DNA of 64,000 bases from Vicinamibacterales bacterium (GTDB lineage Bacteria; Acidobacteriota; Vicinamibacteria; Vicinamibacterales; 2-12-FULL-66-21), in assembly GCA_035463475.1 (NCBI GenBank), contig DATHTE010000133.1, forward strand, positions 3,056-67,055, given 5' to 3'. The position numbers and the translations under genes were made by a program. The notes under the pieces are model-generated. The model was not told where the DNA came from. It did no database searches and saw only the letters and a list, made by a program, of their open reading frames with translations. Below, one piece after another: positions 45,349-53,806 of this stretch. The stretch's first letter is position 1; every line of letters starts with the position of its first letter.

Positions 45349-46157
45349 AGGCCGTCGTGCTTGCGCGTGGGAGGGGGACGCGGATGCAGCGCGCCGCGGG
45401 CAAAGCGGCAGGGCTCACCGACGCGCAGCGGGAGATGGCCGCGCGCGGGCTCAAGGCGATGATCCCCTTCAAGCGACCCTTCCTCGACTACGTGATCAGC
45501 GCGCTCGCCGACGCCGGTTGCACCGACGTCTGCCTGATCGTCGGCCCGGGTCAGGACGCGATCCGCGAACACTATGAGCACGCGCATCCGCCCCGGCGCG
45601 CGCGCGTGTCTTTTGCCGTGCAGCCGGCGGCGCTCGGCACCGCCGACGCGATCCTCACGGCCGCACCGTTCACGCGAGACGAGGCATTCCTCGCGCTCAA
45701 CGCGGACAACTATTACCCAGTCGAGGTGTACCGCGCGCTCGCGGCGCTCGGTGGCCAGGGGCTGCCCGCCTTCTCGCGCGACGCGCTGTTGCGCGACAGC
45801 AACATCGATCCGGAGCGAATCCGGAGCTTCGCTCTACTCCGCCTCTCGCCGAACGGCGACCTCCAGGACATCGTCGAGAAGCCGGATGACGACACCTACA
45901 GCGCCATGGCAGAAGGGGACGTGTCGGTCAGCATGAACATCTGGCGATTCGACGAACGGATTCATGAGGCGTGCCGCCGCATCCAGCCCTCTCCGCGCGG
46001 CGAGCTGGAGCTGCCCAACGCCGTTCGGTTCGCGGTCCGCGAGCTGCGGCAGCGCTTCCGCACCTTCCCGGTGGAGACCGGCGTGCTGGATCTCTCCAGG
46101 CCGGACGACATTCCCGAGGTCGGGCGGCGGCTGGCGGCGATCGATCCCCAACCCTGA
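45345..46157 (+). CDS. Sugar-phosphate nucleotidyltransferase family protein
   Basis: MKAVVLARGRGTRMQ is the G-x-G-T-R-x signature at the extreme N-terminus. The layout resembles RmlA/GlmU N-terminal domains. 270 aa. Confidence 0.8.
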   Translation: MKAVVLARGRGTRMQRAAGKAAGLTDAQREMAARGLKAMIPFKRPFLDYVISALADAGCTDVCLIVGPGQDAIREHYEHAHPPRRARVSFAVQPAALGTADAILTAAPFTRDEAFLALNADNYYPVEVYRALAALGGQGLPAFSRDALLRDSNIDPERIRSFALLRLSPNGDLQDIVEKPDDDTYSAMAEGDVSVSMNIWRFDERIHEACRRIQPSPRGELELPNAVRFAVRELRQRFRTFPVETGVLDLSRPDDIPEVGRRLAAIDPQP

Positions 46158-46172
46158 CCGCGCAGAACGTCT

Positions 46173-47522
46173 ATGGAACAACTCCTGTCCTGGGAACGCG
46201 TCGTCAACAGTTATGTGTGGGGCGGTCCGATGATCGTCATGCTCGTGGGCACGGGCGTGCTCCTCACGATTCTCACCGGGCTCGTCCAGTTCCGCCGCCT
46301 GGGCACCGCGCTGTCCGAGGTGCTGAGCAAGGTCTTCTCGCGGGGCGAAGGGCGCGGCAGCGTCACGCCGTTCCAGGCCGTCGCGACGGCGCTGGCCTCG
46401 ACGGTCGGCGTCGGGAACATCGCCGGCGTGGCCACCGCGATCTTCCTCGGGGGGCCCGGCGCGTTGTTCTGGCTGTGGATGTCCGGCGTGCTCGGCATGT
46501 GCACGAAGTACGCGGAGATCGTCGTGGCGCTTCACTACCGCGAGCCGGACGAGTCCGGCACGATGCGCGGCGGAGCGATGTACACGCTTCGAAAGGGGCT
46601 AAAGATGCCCTTGCTCGGGGGCATCTTCGCGCTGCTCACCGCGCTGGCGGCGTTCGGCATCGGCAACATGGTGCAGGCGAATTCGCTCGCGGAGTCGCTG
46701 CAGGCGAGCTTCGGAGTGCCGCACTGGCTGACCGGCGTCGTGCTGGTCGTGCTGACCGCCGCCGTCATCCTCGGGGGCATCAAGCGCATCGGCGAGTTCA
46801 CGTCGGTGCTGGTGCCGTTCATGGCGATTCTGTACCTTGGCGGCGGCGCGGCAGTGCTCATCCTGCACGCCGGGGCGCTGCCCGGCGCGATCGCGCTCGT
46901 CCTGGACGGCGCGTTCACCGGCACGGCCGCGACCGGCGGCTTCGCCGGCGGCACGGTCATGCTGGCGTTGCGATACGGCATCGCGCGCGGGTTGTTCTCG
47001 AACGAGGCGGGCCTGGGCAGCGCGCCGATGGTGCATGCCGCCGCCCAGACGGACCACCCCGTGCGGCAGGGGATGTACGGCATCTTCGAGGTGTTCGTCG
47101 ACACGATTCTGATCTGCACGATGACGGGGCTGGTGATTCTGGTCACCGACACGTGGGCGAGCGGCCTCACCGGCGCCGCGCTGTCCGCGCGCGCGTTCGA
47201 AACCGGCCTGCCCGGCACCTGGGGCCACATCGTCGTCACGGGCGGGATCCTGTTATTCGCCTTCTCCACACTGATCGGGTGGAGCTACTACGGCGAGACG
47301 GGCATCGTCTACCTGCTGGGCGCGCGCGCCGCGCTCCCGTACCGGCTCCTCTGGCTGGTGTTCATCTACGTGGGGGCGACTGGATCGCTGCACGTGGTCT
47401 GGAACGTCGCCGACACGCTGAACGGCCTGATGGCGCTGCCGAACCTCGTGGCGGTGCTCGGATCGATCCCCCTCCTGCTGCGGCTGCAGCGGGAGTTCTT
47501 TCAGGTTCGACGGGTTCGATAG
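46173..47522 (+). CDS. Alanine/glycine:cation symporter (AGCS family)
   Basis: 449 aa. VTPFQAVATALASTVGVGNIAGVATAI is the AGCS signature. About 11 hydrophobic segments. Confidence 0.9.
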   Translation: MEQLLSWERVVNSYVWGGPMIVMLVGTGVLLTILTGLVQFRRLGTALSEVLSKVFSRGEGRGSVTPFQAVATALASTVGVGNIAGVATAIFLGGPGALFWLWMSGVLGMCTKYAEIVVALHYREPDESGTMRGGAMYTLRKGLKMPLLGGIFALLTALAAFGIGNMVQANSLAESLQASFGVPHWLTGVVLVVLTAAVILGGIKRIGEFTSVLVPFMAILYLGGGAAVLILHAGALPGAIALVLDGAFTGTAATGGFAGGTVMLALRYGIARGLFSNEAGLGSAPMVHAAAQTDHPVRQGMYGIFEVFVDTILICTMTGLVILVTDTWASGLTGAALSARAFETGLPGTWGHIVVTGGILLFAFSTLIGWSYYGETGIVYLLGARAALPYRLLWLVFIYVGATGSLHVVWNVADTLNGLMALPNLVAVLGSIPLLLRLQREFFQVRRVR

Positions 47523-47530
47523 GTCTGACG

Positions 47531-47571
47531 GGTCAGGGTTCAGGGTTCAGTGTTCAGGTTCAGGGTTCAGG
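47531..47571. repeat. GGTTCAG-type heptamer tandem tract at convergent gene ends
   Basis: ggtcagg gttcagg gttcagt gttcag gttcagg gttcagg. It overlaps the last codons of the dynamin-like gene (...LNPEPEH). Confidence 0.8.
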
Positions 47572-49355
47572 CCGGCGTCAGGTCGGCCGCGTGAGAACGC
47601 TGCCAATTCGTCCACCCGCGAACGCAGCACCTCGAGGTCGCAGGTGAGGGCGAGGAGCTGCTGTTCGGTTGCGCGGAGCTTGTCTCCTTCAGCGCGGACG
47701 AAGCGGCTGTAAGGCGCGATGCCTTCGCGAATCCGCGCCGTGCTCGCCCTGATCTCGCGCTCGAACTGCGTGCGCAGCGCCAGCGACAGCCGCTCCCGCA
47801 CGTCGGTGATCTTGCGGCGCATCTCATCCTTGGCTTTCTGGCGGCGCGCCGGGATGATGAAGAAGCCGAGCGCCGCGAGCACGCTCGCCATGATGAGGCC
47901 CGTGACGTCGGCGACCGCCGTGCTCGCGGCGACCGTCACCAGCGTGCCCAAGCCGAGCGCGCCCGCGCCGGCGGCGGCAGCGGCGGCCACCGCGTTCCGG
48001 GCGCCGTCGGCGAGCTCGCTCGCCTCGCGCCGGCGGTCGAACGTGTCCACGGCGCGCTGCGTCTCCCTGCCGACCGCCTCGACGAGCCGCGTGCGATCGT
48101 GATGGAACGCGCGCGTCTCGGGATCGCCGCGCTCGCCCAGGATCCGCTCGCGATACTCGCGCCGGCGCTCCGCCAGGTGTGAAGACACGCGCTGCCACTG
48201 GCGATAGTCGTTGTCCACGAGCCAGTCCACCAGTTCGTGGACCTTCCGCTCGATCTGCTGCGGCGCGTCCGCCACGACCTGCTGCTCGAACCCCTGCTGC
48301 ACGCGCGCGCGGTTCAGGAGGTCCATCACCCGGCCGATCCGGAGCGTGTCATCGAAGAAGTCATGGCCGCGCCGCTCCATCTGCAGCAACACGTTTTCGA
48401 CTTCCGCCATCCTCCCCTCGAACTCCCGCAGCATGTCCTGCTCGTAGAGCCCGAGCTGCGCCTCGACGTCTTCAAGCGCCGCGAAGTCGTCGGCGAGCAG
48501 CGTCAGCCGCTCGCGTGTCAGGCCCAGGTACCGGTTCGTGAGCGACACGCCGATGCCGAGCGGGTTGAGCAGCTTCAGCTTCAGGCGGCTCGCCTGGTCC
48601 AGCGTGTCGCGGATGTAGCGCTCGAGCGGCTCGAACCGGCTCGCCTGCCAATGCGACGGGTCGCCGCGCTTGGCGCGAATCGCGAGGCGGGCGCTGACCG
48701 GGAAGATCTCCGGGACCGTGCCCAGCAACAACTGCGCGTTCGCCTCCACGAACCGGCGCACCTCCTCCAGCTCGCCCTCGTCGTGGAAGATGTCGATCTT
48801 GTTGATGACGATGACGATCTTCTTGCCCCATTCGCGGATGTACTCGAGGAAAGCGCGCTCCGTCTCGGTGAACGGCCGGTCCGCCGACGTGACGAACAGC
48901 ACGAGGTCCGAGCGCGGAACGAACTCGGACGTCAGGCGCTCGTGCTCGCGCATGACCGCGTTCGTCCCCGGAGTGTCCACGATGTGGATGTCCCGGAGGA
49001 TATCGGCCGACGCCGTCACCACGACAACGTTATCGCGTGTGACCTCCCCGCGCGTGCCGACAGGCACCGACTCGCCGTGCTTCAGCAGCGTGACCTGGGC
49101 GGTCGTGGGCGTCACACCTTCCGGCAAGACGGGCCCGCCAACAAGCGCATTGATGAAGGCGCTCTTTCCCGCGTTGAACTCGCCCACGACGACGAGCAGG
49201 AAGAGCTCGTCGAGCTGTTCGATGGAGCGGTCGAGCGTGGCGCGCGTGTCTTCGCTCGCGCCGAAGCGGATGAGGGCCGCGCGCAGGTCGTTCAGGAGGC
49301 GGCGCTCGCTCCGGATGAGCTCCTGGTCCGCAACGCGGAGAATCTGGTTCAGCAT
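47547..49355 (-). CDS. Bacterial dynamin-like GTPase with C-terminal membrane hairpin
   Basis: The ATG at complement 49355 gives MLNQILRV... G1 is VVVGEFNAGKSAFINALVG, G3 is IVDTPG and G4 is VINKID. A long helical stalk follows. The hydrophobic segment is GAGALGLGTLVTVAASTAVADVTGLIMASVLAALGFFIIP. Confidence 0.85.
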   Translation of the reverse strand: MLNQILRVADQELIRSERRLLNDLRAALIRFGASEDTRATLDRSIEQLDELFLLVVVGEFNAGKSAFINALVGGPVLPEGVTPTTAQVTLLKHGESVPVGTRGEVTRDNVVVVTASADILRDIHIVDTPGTNAVMREHERLTSEFVPRSDLVLFVTSADRPFTETERAFLEYIREWGKKIVIVINKIDIFHDEGELEEVRRFVEANAQLLLGTVPEIFPVSARLAIRAKRGDPSHWQASRFEPLERYIRDTLDQASRLKLKLLNPLGIGVSLTNRYLGLTRERLTLLADDFAALEDVEAQLGLYEQDMLREFEGRMAEVENVLLQMERRGHDFFDDTLRIGRVMDLLNRARVQQGFEQQVVADAPQQIERKVHELVDWLVDNDYRQWQRVSSHLAERRREYRERILGERGDPETRAFHHDRTRLVEAVGRETQRAVDTFDRRREASELADGARNAVAAAAAAGAGALGLGTLVTVAASTAVADVTGLIMASVLAALGFFIIPARRQKAKDEMRRKITDVRERLSLALRTQFEREIRASTARIREGIAPYSRFVRAEGDKLRATEQQLLALTCDLEVLRSRVDELAAFSRGRPDAGLNPEPEH

Positions 49356-49394
49356 CGCCGAACGGGCGTAGAGTGCAAAGCGCGTGCGCGGGAC

Positions 49395-49454
49395 CAAAAC
49401 GGGGACTGTCCCCTTTTTCCTTAAGTAGGAAAAACGGTGACTGTCCCCGTTTTT
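49395..49454. repeat. Two palindromic GGGGAC(A/T)GTC(A/C)CCGTTTT elements between the 99-aa gene and the dynamin-like gene
   Basis: AAAACGGGGACTGTCCCCTTTTT at 49395-49417 and GGAAAAACGGTGACTGTCCCCGTTTTTC at 49427-49454 (9-bp stem GAAAAACGG/CCGTTTTTC). The position fits a terminator/attenuator after the 49463-49762 gene. Confidence 0.8.
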
Positions 49455-49462
49455 CTGTTCTT

Positions 49463-49762
49463 CTACTCCCGGGCGCGGATCTCTTCGACCTTCCGCTCCC
49501 GCTCCGACGTGAGCCGCTCGCGCTCGCGACGGTAGTTCTCCTCGGCCTCCTGCCACGCCTGCGGATCGACGGCCTTGGCGAGCGCCGACTGGTGCATCAC
49601 CTCCGCCTGCGCGATCTTCGCCTCGTAGAGGTTCCGCACTTCCGCGATTTCAGCTTTCTGTGCGTCGGTCAGCGGACGCTCGACGATGCCCTGCTCGGCG
49701 TCCTTCTTCAGGAGGCGCTCCATCGCGAGCTCGTAGGCGGATTTCGGGCCCTTTTCGGTCAT
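49463..49762 (-). CDS. Hypothetical small helical, charged protein (99 aa)
   Basis: MTEKGPKSAYELAMERLLKKDAEQGIVERPLTDAQKAEIAEVRNLYEAKIAQAEVMH... The composition is coding-like. It is on the same strand as, and upstream of, the dynamin-like gene. Confidence 0.6.
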   Translation of the reverse strand: MTEKGPKSAYELAMERLLKKDAEQGIVERPLTDAQKAEIAEVRNLYEAKIAQAEVMHQSALAKAVDPQAWQEAEENYRRERERLTSERERKVEEIRARE

Positions 49763-49794
49763 GGGCGGAATGATCGCACAAGCCGCCAGAGGCT

Positions 49795-49885
<91 letters not shown>

Positions 49886-49934
49886 ATCGGAGGCCGCGGC
49901 AGGCGCCTGATGAGTTGGACAGGCGGACGGGTGC

Positions 49935-50672
49935 TTGCATTACTGCCCCACCGTGAGGTCCGCTGCGCAGCTGGGCTTCGGATTTCTGACGCTCGCGGTG
50001 CTCACCGCGGCGCCATCGCTACACGGCGATGCGGACGCAGTGCGACTCGAGCCGGCGGTCGCGCGCTACCTCGACCGCTGCACAGATCCCTTGACCAGCT
50101 ACCGGGCCTTCAGACGCCTCGAGGCCGATGGCATGGGCCAGGCGGGCTGGCTGGAAGCGTGGACGAGCCTCGAGGGGGACACGTTCTCGTACGAAATCGT
50201 CGCCGAGGGTGGGTCGGAGCGCGTGCGGCGTCGCGTGCTGCGCAAGGTCCTCGAAACCGAGCGCCTGGCATGGGTGTCCGGCGAGGCGCGCCGGAGCGGC
50301 ATCGACGCGGACAACTACGAGTTTCTCAGCGCGCCCGAGCAGCCGGAGGACCTGTTGAAAGTCCTCCTCAAGCCGCGGCGCAAGGGCAAGCTGCTGGTCA
50401 ACGGCGCGATGTTCCTCGGACGCCACGACGCGGCGCTGGTGCGCGTCGAGGGGCGCCTCGCGTCGAGCCCGTCGTTCTGGATCAAGCACGTGGACCTGAC
50501 GCGCCGCTACGAACAGGTGAACGGCTTCAACCTGCCGGTGGACGTCGAAACGCTCGCCGACCTTCGGTTCGCGGGCACCGGCACACTGCGGATGTCCTAC
50601 CGTTACACGCACGTGAACGGCCGGCCGATCGGCCTGCCTGCCGTCGTCACGTCCATCGGCTCGGGTCGCTGA
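49935..50672 (+). CDS. Secreted hypothetical protein (possibly LolA/RseB-like fold)
   Basis: The start is a TTG at 49935 or, more likely, a GTG at 49953 (VRSAAQLGFGFLTLAVLTAAPSLHG signal). The sequence is beta-rich (...TFSYEIVAEGGSERVRRRVL...LVRVEGRLASSPSFWIKHVDLTRRYEQVNGFNLPV...). The fold guess is weak. Confidence 0.55.
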   Translation: MHYCPTVRSAAQLGFGFLTLAVLTAAPSLHGDADAVRLEPAVARYLDRCTDPLTSYRAFRRLEADGMGQAGWLEAWTSLEGDTFSYEIVAEGGSERVRRRVLRKVLETERLAWVSGEARRSGIDADNYEFLSAPEQPEDLLKVLLKPRRKGKLLVNGAMFLGRHDAALVRVEGRLASSPSFWIKHVDLTRRYEQVNGFNLPVDVETLADLRFAGTGTLRMSYRYTHVNGRPIGLPAVVTSIGSGR

Positions 50673-50775
50673 CCCCCGGGCGGGCCGACCTCCGCCTCGC
50701 CGTACGCCGCGAGCAGAGCCGGCAGACCGAACTCCGGAGGCGGTCTCCCCCCGGACGCTGCGACTCATCCGATCG

Positions 50776-51045
50776 TCAGCTCGCGAACGGCAGAGCCCCA
50801 GACCGAACCGATGTGGCCGGATCGCGGTCCTCGAGGGCGCGCCGCGCCCGGATTTGCGCGCGGCGGCGCTTCAGCTCGAGTTCCCGAAGCCGCTCCCGGA
50901 GCACTTCTTCGCCCGAGCGGAAGGTCAGCGCGGCGCGCTCGAAGGAGCGTCCCACCAGGATGGGGTCCCACAGCACCCCCTGCGCTGCCGAGCGGGCCGG
51001 CGACGAGCGTCGGCGTGCGGTCTTGCGGGTGAGCATCAATGCCAT
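50776..51045 (-). CDS. Hypothetical 89-aa protein
   Basis: GAGGAG lies about 8 nt upstream of the ATG at complement 51045. The third codon position is G/C-rich. Translation: MALMLTRKTARRRSSPARSAAQGVLWDPILVGRSFERAALTFRSGEEVLRERLRELELKRRR... Confidence 0.45.
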   Translation of the reverse strand: MALMLTRKTARRRSSPARSAAQGVLWDPILVGRSFERAALTFRSGEEVLRERLRELELKRRRAQIRARRALEDRDPATSVRSGALPFAS

Positions 51046-51115
51046 TGGTTTCTCTCCTCTTGAAGCGACTATAGAAAAGGGGTGTGACAGACTGGGTCAC
51101 ACTGAGGAGATCTGC

Positions 51116-51688
51116 GTGACACAGCTGACCGAGCGGTTCATGGAGGCGGTGCGGTATGCGGCGGACGTCCACAAGGAGCAGCCGCGCAAGGGGACCGGCA
51201 GGCCCTACATCGCGCACCTGCTGGGAGTGGCGTCGTTCGTGCTCGATGACGGCGGCGACGAGGATGCGGCGATCGCGGCGCTCCTGCACGATGCGCCGGA
51301 AGACAGGGGAGGACGCGCGCGCCTCGAGGACATCCGACGCCGCTTCGGTCCGAAGGTCGCCCACATGGTCGAGGGATGCACGGACAGCTGGTCAGAGCCG
51401 AAGGAGCCGTGGCTGGACCGGAAGAAGAAGTATGTCGAGCATGCGAGAGCGCTCGACGCCGAGACCCTTCGAGTGTCGGCCGCAGACAAGGTGCACAACG
51501 CGTACGCGATCCTGCGTGACCTGCGGACGCACGGCGAGGAGGTGTGGGCCCGGTTCAACGCCTCGCCTGACGACATCCTGTGGTACTACGACACGCTCGT
51601 GCGTTCCTTCCGCGAGGCGGGCGGCGGGAGCCTGGTCGATGAGCTCGAGCGGGTCGTCCGCGGGATCAAGAGAGAGATGGGGTACTGA
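51116..51688 (+). CDS. HD-domain metal-dependent phosphohydrolase (SpoT/RelA-N-terminal-like)
   Basis: GAGGAG at 51104-51109 precedes the GTG at 51116. Motifs: YAADVHKEQPRKGTGRPYIAHLLGVA...AALLHDAPED (H...HD) and VSAADKVHN. Confidence 0.8.
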   Translation: MTQLTERFMEAVRYAADVHKEQPRKGTGRPYIAHLLGVASFVLDDGGDEDAAIAALLHDAPEDRGGRARLEDIRRRFGPKVAHMVEGCTDSWSEPKEPWLDRKKKYVEHARALDAETLRVSAADKVHNAYAILRDLRTHGEEVWARFNASPDDILWYYDTLVRSFREAGGGSLVDELERVVRGIKREMGY

Positions 51689-51698
51689 GCAGCCCCGC

Positions 51699-52493
51699 AT
51701 GCCGCGCTTCAAGCTGACGATCGAGTACGCGGGGACGCGCTACAGCGGCTGGCAGATCCAGAAGAACGCGAAAACGGTCCAGGGGGAGATCGACCGTGCG
51801 TTACGCGAGGTTGCGGCGGGACGCAAGTTCGAGCTTTACGGGTCCGGCCGCACTGATGCCGGCGTGCATGCGCTGGCGCAGGTCGCGCACCTCGACATCG
51901 CCGCGACGCTCCCGCCCGAAACGCTGCGACGCCGCCTCAACGACGAGCTGCCGTCCGACATCAACGTGCTCGCCGTGGAAACGGTGACCCACAGGTTCCA
52001 CGCGCGGCACAGCGCGGTGGCCCGCAGCTACCTCTATCAGATCGCCAGGCGGCGCACGGCGTTCGGCAAGGCGCTTGTCTGGTGGATCCGCGAGCCGATC
52101 GATCTCGATCGGATGCGGGACGCCGCGCTCCTGTTCCGGGGGCTTCGCGACTTCCAGTCGTTCACGGAAGACGATCCCGAGCTGAAATCGACGAAGGTGC
52201 AGGTGGACGGCATCCGCATCGAGCCGAGCGGCGACCTGGTGCTCCTCCGCATCGAGGGCTCGCACTTCATCTGGAAAATGGCGCGCCGCATCGTCGGCGT
52301 CCTTGCGGCGGTGGGAACGGGCGACCTGACGCGCGAGGACGTGCGGCGGTTCCTCGAAGAGAGGTCCGGAACCCCCGCGAAGCTGACAGCGCCCGCGTCC
52401 GGCCTGTTTCTCGAACGGGTGTATTACGAAGGGGACCGGCGCCTGGACGCGCTGGTACCCGTGCTGAATCTCGACCCGCGGCAGCCTACCTGA
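51699..52493 (+). CDS. truA: tRNA pseudouridine(38-40) synthase
   Basis: MPRFKLTIEYAGTRYSGWQIQKN...LYGSGRTDAGVHALAQVAH contains the catalytic GRTDAGVHA motif. 264 aa. Confidence 0.9.
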   Translation: MPRFKLTIEYAGTRYSGWQIQKNAKTVQGEIDRALREVAAGRKFELYGSGRTDAGVHALAQVAHLDIAATLPPETLRRRLNDELPSDINVLAVETVTHRFHARHSAVARSYLYQIARRRTAFGKALVWWIREPIDLDRMRDAALLFRGLRDFQSFTEDDPELKSTKVQVDGIRIEPSGDLVLLRIEGSHFIWKMARRIVGVLAAVGTGDLTREDVRRFLEERSGTPAKLTAPASGLFLERVYYEGDRRLDALVPVLNLDPRQPT

Positions 52494-53724
52494 CGATGCG
52501 AAGGTTCCGGGGCGGTGCCGGCCGTCCGAGAAGCTGCAGGACCTCTCCGCGCGAATAGCTGACGATGTACAGCTCGCCCGATGCGTCGACGCCGAACGAG
52601 CTGATGTTGCCGAGCCCCGCAGTGCCGCCCAGTTCCACCGTGTGCTCGATCAGGCCGGAAGCGGTGGCCTCGCCCGCGGCGTCGAGGGTGAGCGCGATCG
52701 ACCAGATCCGACCGCTGATGAAATCGGCGAAGAAATAGCGGCCGCGCATCGCGGCGCCCATCAGACGGCCCCGGTACACGAACCCGCCCGTGATCGAGCT
52801 GCCAGATGTCCGGTCGTACTCGTGAATCGGGTCGATCAGCGGCGTGAACGCGGGCGGCAGCGTCTGGACGTTCGGATGGGCGCCTTCACGATTCCGCCAG
52901 CCGTAGTTCCGGCCGCCCCGGTTGCGCGGCTCGTAATCGACTTCTTCCCACGCGTTCTGACCGACGTCGGCGATCACGAGCGCACCGGTGCCGCCGAACG
53001 TCGGATCGTCGAAGCTGAATCGCCACGGGTTCCGGAGCCCGAAGCTCCAGATCTCCGGCAGCGCAGACCCGATGAAGGGGTTATCAGGGGGAATCCGATA
53101 GCCGATCGGGTCCGTGTCTGGAACGCTCACGTCGATGCGCAGGAATTTCCCGAGACGGGACTGGGGGTTCTGGGCAAAGTGCTGCGGGTCGTTGCCGCTG
53201 CCGCCGTCTCCCATGCCGATGTAGAGATGGCCATCGGGGCCGAAGGCGAGATGTCCGCCGTTGTGGTTCGAATAGGGCTGCTCGATGTAGCGCAGCGGAC
53301 CCCACGAGAGGTCGAACCGCGACGCGTGATCTGCGACCAGGGGGTTCGCCGAGCGCCGGAAGCGCGCGATGACCGTGTGCCCCTGCGGATTCGTGAAGTT
53401 CACGTAGAAACGGCCGCTCGTCGCGTAATCCGGCGGAAATACCAGGCCGAGCAGCCCGCGTTCGCCGCCTGAGAGGATGCTGCCGGACAGGTTCAGGAAA
53501 TCATCTGCCTGCAGGACACCAGCCCGCAGCACGCGAATTCGCCCGCCCTGCTCGACGACGTACTGCACCGCAGGATCGGAGGGGTCCTGGACGAAGCCAA
53601 GCGGGGCGGTCAACCCAGAGACGATGGTGCGGCTGACGAGCTGTGCGAGAGCCTGCGCGGGTTCGCCAAGCAGAATGCACACAGGCAGGCAGAGCAACGC
53701 GGTCAGGTGGCGCGGCCCGATCAT
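52486..53724 (-). CDS. PQQ-dependent sugar dehydrogenase (soluble Asd/sGDH-like), secreted
   Basis: The ATG at complement 53724 gives MIGPRHLTALLCLPVCILL (signal). Motifs: YSNHNGGHLAFGPDGHLYIGMGDGGSGNDP and GLRNPWRFSFD. Its stop overlaps the truA stop by 8 bp. Confidence 0.85.
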   Translation of the reverse strand: MIGPRHLTALLCLPVCILLGEPAQALAQLVSRTIVSGLTAPLGFVQDPSDPAVQYVVEQGGRIRVLRAGVLQADDFLNLSGSILSGGERGLLGLVFPPDYATSGRFYVNFTNPQGHTVIARFRRSANPLVADHASRFDLSWGPLRYIEQPYSNHNGGHLAFGPDGHLYIGMGDGGSGNDPQHFAQNPQSRLGKFLRIDVSVPDTDPIGYRIPPDNPFIGSALPEIWSFGLRNPWRFSFDDPTFGGTGALVIADVGQNAWEEVDYEPRNRGGRNYGWRNREGAHPNVQTLPPAFTPLIDPIHEYDRTSGSSITGGFVYRGRLMGAAMRGRYFFADFISGRIWSIALTLDAAGEATASGLIEHTVELGGTAGLGNISSFGVDASGELYIVSYSRGEVLQLLGRPAPPRNLRIVR

Positions 53725-53806
53725 GGAGGTCCCCTCCAACGCGGCGTGGCTCCGGGGAGGCAATCATACCGCTGTGGGGCCGCTGGCACCATGTGGTTGC
53801 TGAATC

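Noticed and set aside
47500-47525. GGGTTCGAT near 47510-47520 as a possible tRNA T-arm
   Set aside because: No acceptor, D or anticodon arms can be drawn around it. It is part of the 3' coding end of the symporter gene and of the heptamer-like tract. I found no tRNA or rRNA signatures anywhere in the window.
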